This document shows, piece after piece, positions 11,769 to 22,000 of a stretch of 64,000 bases of DNA. Every line of letters begins with the position of its first letter. Position 1 is the stretch's first letter. Under the pieces are notes generated by a model. The model saw only the letters and a list, made by a program, of their open reading frames with translations, ran no database searches and was not told the origin of the DNA. Source of the DNA: an uncultured Gemmatimonadales bacterium. Lineage in GTDB: Bacteria > Gemmatimonadota > Gemmatimonadetes > Gemmatimonadales > GWC2-71-9. A program made the position numbers and the translations under genes. Location of the stretch: positions 128,001 through 192,000 of the forward strand of contig CAVVKJ010000010.1 of the NCBI GenBank assembly GCA_963748815.1. Direction: 5' to 3'.

Positions 11769-12714
11769 AGCGATCGAGCTCCGCGTCGATCAGGGTGACC
11801 CGCTCTTCCGGCGTGCGGGGCGGGACTCGGCGAATCTCCTCGTACCGCGGCCGGGAGGGATCGCGGAAGAGGACGCCGAGATGGATGTGGTCGGTGGCGC
11901 TGGCGATGCGACGCGCGGCGTCGAGATCGTGCGGGTCGTGCCGCACCTGCGAGCGGTAGAGCTTCTCGAGTTCGGGGACCACGACGCCGTCGTCGTGGAT
12001 CAGCATCGCGATCTTGGCGGGGTCCTGCACCGCCGCCTGGTACACGGCCGGCGGAATAGATCGGGCAGCGCTGCAGGATCCGCACGAAACTCAGGCCCCG
12101 GTGGTGGTACGCGGCGCGCAGCGTGGCGTAGAGATGGGCCGGGACCCATTCGGCGGTCTGGGCCACGAACGAGGCGTTGGTCACGCCGAGGGAGACCGAC
12201 AGGGGATTCAGCGAGGGCAGCACGCCGCCCTGCGGCTCGTGTTGCTGGCGAATCCCTGCGGCGTGGTGGGCGAGGTCTGGTTCTTGGTCAGCGCGTAGAT
12301 GCCGTTGTCGAGCAGCAGCACGGTCAGGTTCACGTTGTAGCGAAGCGCGTGCACCCAGTGCGCGGCGCCGATCGAGGTGCAGTCGCCGTCGCCCATGACC
12401 ACGAACACCTGGAGGTCGGGGCGGGTGAGCTTGATGCCCGTCGCGACCGGCAGCGCCCGGCCGTGGATGCCGTGAAAGCCGTACGTCTTCAGGTAGTGCG
12501 GGAACCGGCTGGAACAGCCGATGCCGGAGACGAACACGGTCTGTTCGGGTGTCAGCTGCTCGGCGGTGAGCAGCTTCTGGACCGAGGCGAGGATGGAGTG
12601 GTCGCCGCAGCCGGGGCACCAGCGTGCGCGGGCGCCTTCGTAGTCATTGAGCTCGTAATGGGACTCGTGCTCGCCGGGCTGGAGCACCGGCAGGAGTCCG
12701 CAGGAGATCGTCAT
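11758..12714 (-). CDS. 2-oxoacid:ferredoxin oxidoreductase beta subunit (frameshifts near 12235, 12050)
   Basis: WCPGCGD, SGIGCSSR, HGRALP, MGDGD, DNGIYALTKNQTSPT. Confidence 0.88.
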
Positions 12715-14607
12715 GCTGCACCTCCCACCGCGGTGCGCTCGCGGATGGCGTCCAGGATGGAACCGGGCCGGAGCGGCTCGCCCGGCACGCGGGTCCAGCA
12801 GTCGATGTCCACCAGGGTCGTGGCCCGGAGCACCCAGGCCAGCTGACCACGGCGGCGGTTCTCGTCCGTGATATACGGGTCGCCGGGGTCGTCGCTGTAG
12901 TTGATCTCGACGGTGCACACCTTGGCAAAGCGCGCAGAAGATGTCCTTGAGCCCCGGCTCGAGTGGCGAGAGGAAGCGGAGATGGACGGCGGAGACGCGG
13001 ATGCCCTCGCGCGCGCGCGCGGTCCACCGCCTCCTCGATGGCGCCCCTGGTGCTGCCCCATCCGACCAGGAGGAGGTCGCCCTCTGGTTCACCGTAGATG
13101 GGAGGAGGGCCGAGCAGCGATCTGCAGCACGGCGAGCTTGCGGCTCCGCATGGCGGATGCGCGCTGGTGAACGCCGGAGCTGTAGGCCACCTTGCTGCCC
13201 TCGTCGTGCGAGAGGCCGGTGACGGTGTAGGCGCCCCCCGGCTGGCCGGGGACGATCCGCTGGGAGAGGCCGGTTTCCGGATCCCACTGATAGGCCTTTC
13301 GGCCGTCCGCGACCGGCGCGAGGTCGATCGGTGCCGCCTGCCAGCTCGTGTCGGCTTTCGGGCGCGGGAAGGGGGTCACGCCGGTGGCAAGGTTGGCGTC
13401 CGAGAGCACCATGACCACGGTGCGGAACGCCTCGGCGATCCGCCGCGCGGTGACCATGATGTGGAAACATTCCTCGATGGTGGCCGGCGCCATCACGACA
13501 TGCGGGGCGTCGCCGGGGCTCGCGAAGAGTGCGGCGAGCAGATCGGACTGCTCCACCTTGGTCGGCAGGCCGGTGCTCGGTCCGCCGCGCTGCACGTCGA
13601 CCACCACCAGCGGAATCTCCGTCATCACGGCCAGCCCCAGGAACTCGGTCTTCAGGGCGAGGCCGGGGCCGGAGGTGACCGTGAGGGCCACCTTGCCGGC
13701 ATAGGACGCCCCGATGGCCACACCCACGGCGGCAATCTCGTCCTCGGCCTGATGGACGACGCCGCCAAACCGCTCGAACACCTCGCTCAGGTAGTGGGAG
13801 ACGGAGGTGGCCGGAGTGATGGGGTACATGGAGCAGAGTTCCATCCCCGCGGCGATCGCGCCCAGCCCGCAGCGCCTCGTTGCCGTTCATCACCACCAGC
13901 GCCTCGGTGATCGGCGGCGGCGTGACCTCGATCCGGAAGTCGATGTTGACCTCGGCCCAGCGGTAGCCGAGCTCGAGCAACGCGACGTTTTGCTCGTACA
14001 CCGCCTCGCTCTTCTTCCGGAAGGCGTGGGCGATCTGCTCCTTGATCCGCTCCATGTCCCGCCCGTAGATGCAGGCCAGCATCCCGAGGGCGAACATGTT
14101 CTTCCCCTTGCGGGGGTTGTCGACCAGCGTCAGGCACTCGACTTCCATCGGGACGGGAATGATCCGGTACTGCCGATGGGAGAGCTCCTCCATCGCGGCG
14201 TTCCAGGCGGCGCGAATGTCGGCGTCGTCGTGCGTGGCCCACTTGTCCTCGACCAGGAGCACGGCGTCGGGAGCCAGCGCATCGAGCCGGTGCCGCGCGA
14301 CGAGCACCTGTTCGTTGAAGGCCAGGACCAGGTTGGTGGCGTCGCCCCAGTTGGTGACGGGGCCGGCGCCGACGCGGATCCGGTACCCGCTGGCGCCCTC
14401 GGGCACGCGGGGCGGGGGCTGGATCTCGGCCGGGATGATCTCGACGGTCCAGACGCCGTTGCCCATCTTCGCGGAGACGGCGCCGAAGATCTGGCCGCAC
14501 TTCTGCGCCCCTTCACCGGAGTCGGAGACGATCTCGATGGTATGCTCGGCGAGGCGCGTGGCGGTCGGCGCGGAGGGCACGATGGTCGAAGAAGCGGTGG
14601 CGGTCAC
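12711..14607 (-). CDS. 2-oxoacid:ferredoxin oxidoreductase alpha subunit (several frameshifts, near 13870, 13120, 13020, 12935)
   Basis: SDSGEGAQ, MNGNEA, YPITPAT, QAEDEIAA, TSGPGLALK, DVQRGGPSTGLPTK. Confidence 0.88.
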
Positions 14608-14620
14608 GGGTCGGTCTTCC

Positions 14621-14920
14621 TCAGGTGAGGGTGCCGAAGCGGCGTCGCTCGGCCAGCGGGTCGGGGGCGGCAGACGCTGGCGGCGAGGCCGGATGCCTGT
14701 CACGGCCCCGATTTTCCCGCAGCAGCGCCAGTTCGCCCAGCAGGTCCTCGTACACCTCGACGTCCAGCAGCACGCCGGCGGAGCGACCGTGCTGTGTCAG
14801 GATCACGGCGCGCTTGGTGTCGCGGATTTGCTGGAGGAACGCGGAGGCGTGCGCCCGGAATTCGGTGACCGGACGTACGTCTTGGGAGGGGCAGAGGCGG
14901 GCCAGTTTGCGGTTCGTCAT
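14621..14920 (-). CDS. Phd/YefM family antitoxin, no adjacent toxin
   Basis: DVRPVTEFRAHASAFLQQIRDTKRAVILTQHGRSAGVLLDVEVYE. Confidence 0.8.
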   Translation of the reverse strand: MTNRKLARLCPSQDVRPVTEFRAHASAFLQQIRDTKRAVILTQHGRSAGVLLDVEVYEDLLGELALLRENRGRDRHPASPPASAAPDPLAERRRFGTLT

Positions 14921-14945
14921 AGCGTACGCTCACATGTACATGTGA
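14921..14945. promoter_or_regulatory. twin-palindrome operator, YefM type
   Basis: AGCGTACGCT (14921-14930) and TCACATGTACATGTGA (14930-14945); GTAC cores 12 bp apart, directly upstream of the ATG. Confidence 0.7.
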
Positions 14946-15041
14946 ACAGGCTGTGACGGAGTTTGTGAGGGAGGGGGTGAAGGATGTATGAAGGCCCGAT
15001 GAGCCAATCCAGAAAGTCGAATCCGGGGCCGGCGGGTCAGG

Positions 15042-15527
15042 TCATGTCAGCGGCTTGCTCATCAGGACGAGGTGGATCGGCTGCTTGAGCTTGCCGGGGG
15101 CGGGGAAGGGTGCGGTGCCGGTCGGCGCAAAGCCGAATTTGGAATAGAACGGGGGCAGCTCGGTCCGGAGGTTCACCACGTCGATGTCGAGGGCCCGGCA
15201 CCCCGCCGCGCGGCAGTGCGCTTCGGCTGCCTCGACGAGCACCCGCCCCATGCCGGTCCCCTGGGCATCGGGGTCGACCGACAGCAGGCCGAAGTACCCG
15301 CGATCGCCGCGCAACTCGACATAGACCGCGCCGATCAGCTGTCCGCCCACGGTCGACTCGATGATCAGGAAGCTGGACGAGTGAGCCTCGATCCTGGCGA
15401 GGACCTCAGCCTCGGTGATCCGGTCGCCGATGATGAAGAACGCCTCGACACGGTAGGCGGCGTTGATCAGCCGGGCGAGCGCCGCGGCGTCCGCGGGTGT
15501 GGCCAGACGGGTCGGGGGAGGTCTCAC
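15042..15527 (-). CDS. GNAT family N-acetyltransferase
   Basis: LSVDPDAQGTGMGRVLV acetyl-CoA motif, FYSKFGF. Confidence 0.85.
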   Translation of the reverse strand: MRPPPTRLATPADAAALARLINAAYRVEAFFIIGDRITEAEVLARIEAHSSSFLIIESTVGGQLIGAVYVELRGDRGYFGLLSVDPDAQGTGMGRVLVEAAEAHCRAAGCRALDIDVVNLRTELPPFYSKFGFAPTGTAPFPAPGKLKQPIHLVLMSKPLT

Positions 15528-16234
15528 GTACCGGATCCCGGTCGGCTCGAGGTCGACGTTTCGCCGGAATCGATCATCAGCGTGAGTCGTGCCGCCACCC
15601 CCTCCATCTGGCGGGCGCGGTTCTGGGCCCAGCGGGGGATCCGCAGGGCGCCGAGCCCGAACAGCGTCGCCCCGATGAGGGCGTACGGCGCAAAGACGGA
15701 GAGGGCGTTGGCCACGCTGGTGCTATAGGCCGCGACGATCAGCGGGCCAAGCGCGATGCCCGCCACCGCCAACCCGGAGAACATCAGGTTCCGGGCGTTT
15801 CCGTTGAGGGTGCGGAGGCGGAGCCGATGCCCGGTTGCGGTGGGCTCAAGCAGCGCCTGGAGATTGCCGTTGGTCCACTGGCGGAGCGTGCCGTCGATCC
15901 GGACGGTTCCGCGGGCGTCGAACGTCTCGCGCAGATCGACCACCAGCTGGTCCCATTCCGCGTCGGTGAGCCGCCGAGAGAGCTCCACGGTTCTGCCGAC
16001 GCCGACGGGCAGGGCGAGGAACCGCTGGCCGGCCGGCGACCCGGCGCGGTCCAGCCCTCGCGCTGCCTGTGCCACCAGCTCCGGCGGGATCCCGACCTCT
16101 CGACCGATGCCCTCGAGGTCGGCCAGGGTCATCCCCTCACCCGACGGCAGCTGTCGCCGAGCGCCCTGCTGCGACTCGGCGGCTCGCTTGAAGATCTCGG
16201 CGACTTCGTCCTCGGAATAGCGTCTCTCGGTCAT
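15524..16234 (-). CDS. hypothetical membrane protein
   Basis: MTERRYSEDEVAEIFKRAAE; two C-terminal TM segments. Confidence 0.65.
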   Translation of the reverse strand: MTERRYSEDEVAEIFKRAAESQQGARRQLPSGEGMTLADLEGIGREVGIPPELVAQAARGLDRAGSPAGQRFLALPVGVGRTVELSRRLTDAEWDQLVVDLRETFDARGTVRIDGTLRQWTNGNLQALLEPTATGHRLRLRTLNGNARNLMFSGLAVAGIALGPLIVAAYSTSVANALSVFAPYALIGATLFGLGALRIPRWAQNRARQMEGVAARLTLMIDSGETSTSSRPGSGT

Positions 16235-16330
16235 GCGGTGTAAGATGCCTCGCCCGGATGTGCCGTGCAAACGAAGCCATCGGGACAAGTGGTGGGGGGG
16301 TGCGACACGGTCTCAGGCCAGGAGGGTACC

Positions 16331-16597
16331 ATGCGGGGCAGCGACCACGAGGATGAGGAAGGCGAGGAGGGGTCGGCGTGGGGTCCGGGAGGGCTCGCGG
16401 AACATCTCGACACAGAGTCGGAGACCGAAGTCGAATGCCCCTACTGTGGTGAGGTGGTCGAGATCGTCATTGACAAGTCGGGTGGCGCCACCCAGGACTA
16501 TGTCGAGGACTGCGAGGTGTGCTGCCGGCCGTGGAAGGTGCACGTCAGCCTGGATGTTGGTGGAGCGATCGAGGTGCGGGTGGAGCAGTCGGGCTGA
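16331..16597 (+). CDS. CPXCG-motif cysteine-rich protein
   Basis: CPYCGE...YVEDCEVCCRPW; GGAGG RBS. Confidence 0.8.
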   Translation: MRGSDHEDEEGEEGSAWGPGGLAEHLDTESETEVECPYCGEVVEIVIDKSGGATQDYVEDCEVCCRPWKVHVSLDVGGAIEVRVEQSG

Positions 16598-16601
16598 ACC
16601 C

Positions 16602-16814
16602 CTAGCCGAGCAGCTCCCGCGCCCGCTCCACCTCGGGGCTCGGCACCGACAGCTGGACGCCCCGCGGCATCGCGCCCTGGAACGCCACGCCAAACACCCC
16701 CGCCTGATCGTTCTGCCTGAGCACCGGGATGCCGGCGCTCTCCAGCTGCGCCTGTACGATGTCGGCCTCGAGGCCGGTACTGAACGAGCCGATCTGAACC
16801 CACCTGGCTGCCAC
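16602..16814 (-). CDS. DUF2007-like small protein
   Basis: EADIVQAQLESAGIP...V.SPEVERARELL pattern. Confidence 0.7.
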   Translation of the reverse strand: MAARWVQIGSFSTGLEADIVQAQLESAGIPVLRQNDQAGVFGVAFQGAMPRGVQLSVPSPEVERARELLG

Positions 16815-17065
16815 TTCGATTCCCCCGGCAGATGTACGCCTTCCCCTCGAAGACTAACCGCCTGTTCGCCCTTTCGACCCCCCGCAGCGCCTCGGCTGTT
16901 CCCCTTCCGAATCCCGTCTTGAAGCCTTCCCGTGTGTCACCAGCACTAACCGCATATCGACCCACTGCCGCATAACGCCATATCTCGATCCTTCGTGTCA
17001 GGCAATTTGCTGCATTCAGGAAACATAACTCGTTGTAAATACACGATATAGATGACTGCACTTTG

Positions 17066-17080
17066 TGGTACGAGGGGTGC
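17066..17080 (+). promoter_or_regulatory. possible sigma54 -24/-12 promoter for the DUF11 operon
   Basis: TGGTAC-N5-GTGC (GG-N10-GC) inside an AT-rich intergenic region. Confidence 0.3.
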
Positions 17081-17182
17081 TCTCCATTGGGGAGATTCTT
17101 GTGTCAAAATTGTGGTCAGTTTCCCACGAGGCCAGAACGGGCCCCAAGCTGGCCGAAAACCGCTCCACCGAGGAGACGCCTC

Positions 17183-17707
17183 ATGAACCGCCGATTTGGC
17201 TGGACTCACCTGTTCGCGATGGTGGCCGTGCTGGCCCTGCCTGGTCTTGCGCATGCCCAGGCCGCGACCGCACCCCAACCGCTCGTGATGACCGCCACGA
17301 ACCTGATGGCCGGGGACCAGCGCCACAAGGATGCCGGCGTCACCGACGCCCTCCTGCCCGGGGACGTGGTGCGTTACGGCCTGGTCTTCACCAACCTGAA
17401 CGCCGATTCCCTCCGCAACGTCCAGTTCACCAACCCCCTCCCCGGCGGCCTGCGGTACATGGCCGGCTCCGCCACGGCGGACCGGGGGGACGTGACGATC
17501 GACTTCTCGATCGACGGCGGCAAGAGCTGGTCGGTCCAGCCGATGATCGAGGTCGTCGTGGAGGGCAAGACGGTGCGGAAGCCCGCGCCGGTGTCGCAGT
17601 ACACCACCATCCGCTGGACGGTCAGCGGCTGGGTGCAGTCGAAGTCGAAGGTGACCGCCGAGTACAAGGCTGAACTGCCGGCGCCCTCGGGCGCCCCGGC
17701 TGAGTGA
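17183..17707 (+). CDS. secreted single DUF11-like domain protein
   Basis: Signal peptide (AHA), PGDVVRYGLVFTN...FTNPLPGGLRY, FSIDGGKSWS; GAGGAG RBS. Confidence 0.8.
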   Translation: MNRRFGWTHLFAMVAVLALPGLAHAQAATAPQPLVMTATNLMAGDQRHKDAGVTDALLPGDVVRYGLVFTNLNADSLRNVQFTNPLPGGLRYMAGSATADRGDVTIDFSIDGGKSWSVQPMIEVVVEGKTVRKPAPVSQYTTIRWTVSGWVQSKSKVTAEYKAELPAPSGAPAE

Positions 17708-17770
17708 TAGATGCACGCCCAGGGAACGTTTTCGATGTCACACCATACCACCCACAAGGAGTTGAACACC

Positions 17771-19012
17771 ATGCGCCGCACACCCTTCATCCAGAGGACC
17801 CTGTCGGTCCTCACCGGCCTGCTGTTGGCCGTCGCGGTTTCCGGGCTGTACGCCCAGAGCCCGACGCCCGAGGGCACGGTCATCACCAACACCTCGACGG
17901 TGACCTACACCGACGCCAACGGCAATACGTACACGCCGGTGACTGCGTCGGTCTCGGTGACCGTCGGCTTCGTCGCCGGGGTTGACCTGACCGGTGCCGT
18001 CTCGGTGAGCCCTGCCACGCCGAGCACGGGGAACGTCCTCTCGTTCACCTACCAGAACATCGGCAACGGTACGGACAGCATCTCCGTGTCCGATGTGAAC
18101 AGCCTGCCCGCCACGATGGTCATCACCGGCTACCAGATCAACGGCACGGGCACGATCTACACCAGCGTGGCGCTGCTCAACGCCGCGCTCGCCGCGATCC
18201 CCGTGGCGCAGAACGGCACGCTGGTCGTCAACGTGATCTACGACGTGCCGTCCGGCCGCGGTGGCCTGCCGTCCACGTACACCCTGACCGCCACCTCGCG
18301 GCGGGACCCGCTCGTGAACGACTCGGCGGCCACCATCGTCGCCCCGGCCCTCTCAGCCGCGGTCGCCGTCACGCCTGACGGCGGGCAGAACCTGCAGCAC
18401 CTGCCCAGCAACGGCACGAACTACTCCTTCACCTTCACCGTCCAGAACAACGGCAACGGCCCGGACGCCTTCAACCTCGTCGCGTCGAACACGGGCTCGT
18501 CGATCACCATCGTGTCGGTGAACGGCACCGCCGGTACCAGCGCGGCGCTCGGCAGCATCGCCCCAGGCGGCTCGGCGCCGGTCATCGTGGTCTACACGGT
18601 GCTCAACGTCGCGGCCGGCAGCACCGACGACGTGGTGCTCACCGCCACCTCGGTAGGCGCTCCCGGCGTATCCGATGCCGGCTTCGCCGACATCACCGTT
18701 ATCCGGCCCAGCCTGACGATGCTGAAGGAGGCCTTCCGCAGCGACCAGCTGACTCCCATCGGCGTGTCGGATGTCGTGCTGCCGGGTGAGTCGATTCAGT
18801 ACCGGATCACCGTGACCAATACGGGCACTGCCCCGTCCTCGGCGGTCCAGATCACCGACCCCCTGCCGGCGCAGCTCACCTATCAGAACGCCACCGGCGA
18901 CGTCGCCGGCTGGACCTTCGGGTTCGCGGGCAATACCGTGACCGCCGACCTGGCGGGCACGCTCGCGGTTGGTGCGAGCAGGTTCATCTGGGTGCAAGCC
19001 CAGGTGAATTGA
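17771..19012 (+). CDS. secreted DUF11/Ig-like repeat protein (putative filament shaft subunit)
   Basis: Signal peptide; GTVITNTSTVTY N-terminus; C-terminal PGESIQYRITVTN...ITDPLP domain. Confidence 0.8.
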   Translation: MRRTPFIQRTLSVLTGLLLAVAVSGLYAQSPTPEGTVITNTSTVTYTDANGNTYTPVTASVSVTVGFVAGVDLTGAVSVSPATPSTGNVLSFTYQNIGNGTDSISVSDVNSLPATMVITGYQINGTGTIYTSVALLNAALAAIPVAQNGTLVVNVIYDVPSGRGGLPSTYTLTATSRRDPLVNDSAATIVAPALSAAVAVTPDGGQNLQHLPSNGTNYSFTFTVQNNGNGPDAFNLVASNTGSSITIVSVNGTAGTSAALGSIAPGGSAPVIVVYTVLNVAAGSTDDVVLTATSVGAPGVSDAGFADITVIRPSLTMLKEAFRSDQLTPIGVSDVVLPGESIQYRITVTNTGTAPSSAVQITDPLPAQLTYQNATGDVAGWTFGFAGNTVTADLAGTLAVGASRFIWVQAQVN

Positions 19013-19030
19013 GCGGACTGATCCGCTCGA

Positions 19031-22000
19031 ATGAAGTTCTTTAGCGCGGCGCATACGGCGACAGGCCGTTCGAGGCTCCATCCTGCCCATTGGGCAGGGT
19101 GGGGTCTTGGCGTGCTTGCCCTGTTCGTGTCCGTCGCGAACCTGCGCGCCCAGGCCCTGCCGGCTGGGACCCAGATCTCGAACGTCGCGCAGGTGTCCTG
19201 GCAGGACGAAAACGGGCTGGCCTTTTCGACCGGCTCGAACACGGTGGTGCTGACCGTTGGCCAGGTCGCGGGCGTCGATGTCGAACCGCCCCGTTCCTCG
19301 GTCAGCGACCCCGGCACGACCGTGTGGTTTGCGCATACCCTGCAGAACATCGGCAACGGGACGGACAGCTTCACCGTTGCCGCGCGCTCCAGCGCCGGCT
19401 GGCCGGTCCGCGTCTACCAGGACGCCAACGGCAATGGAGCGCTCGATCCAGGAGAACAGCTCGTCGCGGGACCGATCCCGCTGGTGGCGGGCGCCACCGC
19501 CAACCTGCTGCTGGCCGTCGATGTCCCCGGCGTGGCCACGGTCCGCGGCGTCATCGACACCCTGTCGCTGACTGGCACCTCCGAATTCGATCCGGCCGTG
19601 AGTGACAGCGTCGCCGACCAGCTCCAGATCCGGGATGTCGGCATCGCGGTGACCCTGGCCAAGACGGTCGACCGGCCCACGGCGTCCCCGGGTGACATTC
19701 TCTCCTATACTATTGGGTATCAGGCGACCGGCCCCGATTCGGCCGCCAACTTCCGGATTGCCGACCCGATCCCGGTCGGCGCGGTCTACCTCCCCGGCAG
19801 CATCCGGCTCAACGGCGCGCCGCTCACCGACGCCGCCGGCGACGACGCCGGCACCTTCGATGCGCTCAACAATCAGGTCGTCCTTGTCCTTGGAAGCGTT
19901 GCCGGGGGATCCGCCGGCACCGTCGGCTTCCAGGTCCGTGTCGGTGCGCTGCAGACGATCACCAACGTCGCGGGCGCCACCTACCAGACCGTGGCTGGCA
20001 CCGACTCCGTGGCCTCCAATCCCGTGCAGACCGGAGTGGTCGCGCCGGAGGCCACGCTCCTCAAGACCCTGATCAGCCCGCCGACGGCCCGGGTGGGTGA
20101 GAGCGTCCAGTACCAGGTCGCGTGGGGGAATCCCTCGCCGTCGGCCGTCGTGCTGGGCGCCGTCGTGACCGACACGATCCCGGCCGGCCTTGACTACGCC
20201 TCGTCGCTGCCGGCGGCGGTGGTGGCGGGGCGGGTGTTGCAGTGGTCGCTCGGCGACCTGGCGGCCGGAAGCACCGGCCAGATTCAGTTGACCCTGACGG
20301 TGGCCGCGAGCGTCACCGACACACAGCGCGTCGTCAATACCGCCACGCTCACCTCGCTCAACGCGCCGGAGCAGCGCTCCACCGCGTCGGAACTCCTGCT
20401 GATCGGGCCTCCGTCGCAGCAGCTCTCCCTGACGAAGACCGCCGACGTCATCGAGGTGAGCCTCGGCGAGACGGCCCCCTTCACCCTGGTGGTCGGCAAC
20501 CAGGGGACGGTGGACCTCACCGACATCCAGATTCACGATCAGCTTCCCGAGGGCACCCGGTATGCGCGGGGCACCGCGACCGGCGTGGACTCGGTCCGGG
20601 CGAACGGCCGGGACCTGACCTTCTTCATTGCCGGTCCGCTGGCGCCCGGCGCCGACCACACGGTGCACTACGTGATTGCGGTCGTCTCGGCCTCGTCCAC
20701 CACGCTGCAGAACACCGCCCTGGCCGTGGCGGGCGGCGTGGTCCGCTCCGCCGAGGCCACGGCCTCGCTCCGCGTGAGCAGCGCGTGGGCCATGCAGGAC
20801 CGGGCCGTCATCGGCAAGGTCTGGGTCGACGTCAACAACAACGGCATCCAGGAATTCGGCGAGGGCGGGATGCCGGGCGTCGACATCTGGACCGAAGACG
20901 GCGACATCGCGACCACCGATGCTGACGGCCGCTTCTCCTTCCGGAACATGCAGCCCGGCACCCAGCACGCCTTCCGGCCTGACTTCGGCACCATTCCGGC
21001 CGGGTACCAGATCGCCGACAAGGGCGTGGAGCGCCTGCTGGTGACCCGCGACGCCACCGGCTGGACCACACCCCGCGTGGATTTCCGCCTGGTGCCGAAC
21101 GCGGCGCGCATGTCGGGGGTGCGCCTTCCCCTCGGATGGAGCCTTGCCGCCCGGACCATCGGAGTCCCGACCGATACGGCGACGGCCACGACGCGACTGC
21201 AGCAGCGCGACTCCGTCGCCAGGAACGGCTACCTCGACATTCCGCCGCTCGAGATCCGGAACATCACCTTCGCCTCCAACAAGTACGCCCTCTCCCGGAC
21301 GGCGACCGGCATGCTGGACAGCCTGGCGCCCTGGTTCAACGCCCATCCCGACCTGTCCGTGATCATCCGCGGGCACACCGACGCGGTCGGCTCCGTGGAT
21401 CACAACCGGATGTTGTCGGAGGAGCGCGCCAAGGCGGTCATCCGGCAGTTGGCGGCGGCTGGCGTCGACTCGACCCGGCTCATCCCGATCGCGTTCGGCT
21501 CGACCAGCCCGGTCGCCGGCAACCAGACCGCCGAGGGGCGGGCCCTGAATCGCCGGGTCGAGCTGCGGATCGTGTACGCGACCCAGATTCGCGCTGTGAG
21601 CGATCAGATCGAGTCGCTCAGCGTCGCGCCTCCGGTGGAACAGCGGGAGATCGAGGTGGGGATTCAGAACAGCTACGGAATCCCGCTTTCCGACCTCACC
21701 GTCGCCTTCCCGGTCGCGCTCGACTCCGTCGAGCTGCTGATCAACGACTCCGTGGTGGGCCGGGCTGCCGGGACGATCGTGGCGCTGCCGATCATTCCCG
21801 CGCACGCCAGGTTCCTCCTGCGCGGCTGGACCGCGCGCGCGGATGCCTCGGCGTCGGCGGAACTGTCGCTGGCAGGCACGCCGCTGAGCCGCCTGAACGT
21901 TTCGCTCGCCGACTCGACCGCGCGCGTGGCGGCGGTGACGGCACCGGTCATTGCGGCCGACAGCCTCCCGGACATGGCGGCCCTCCCGGCCGGCGGCGAG

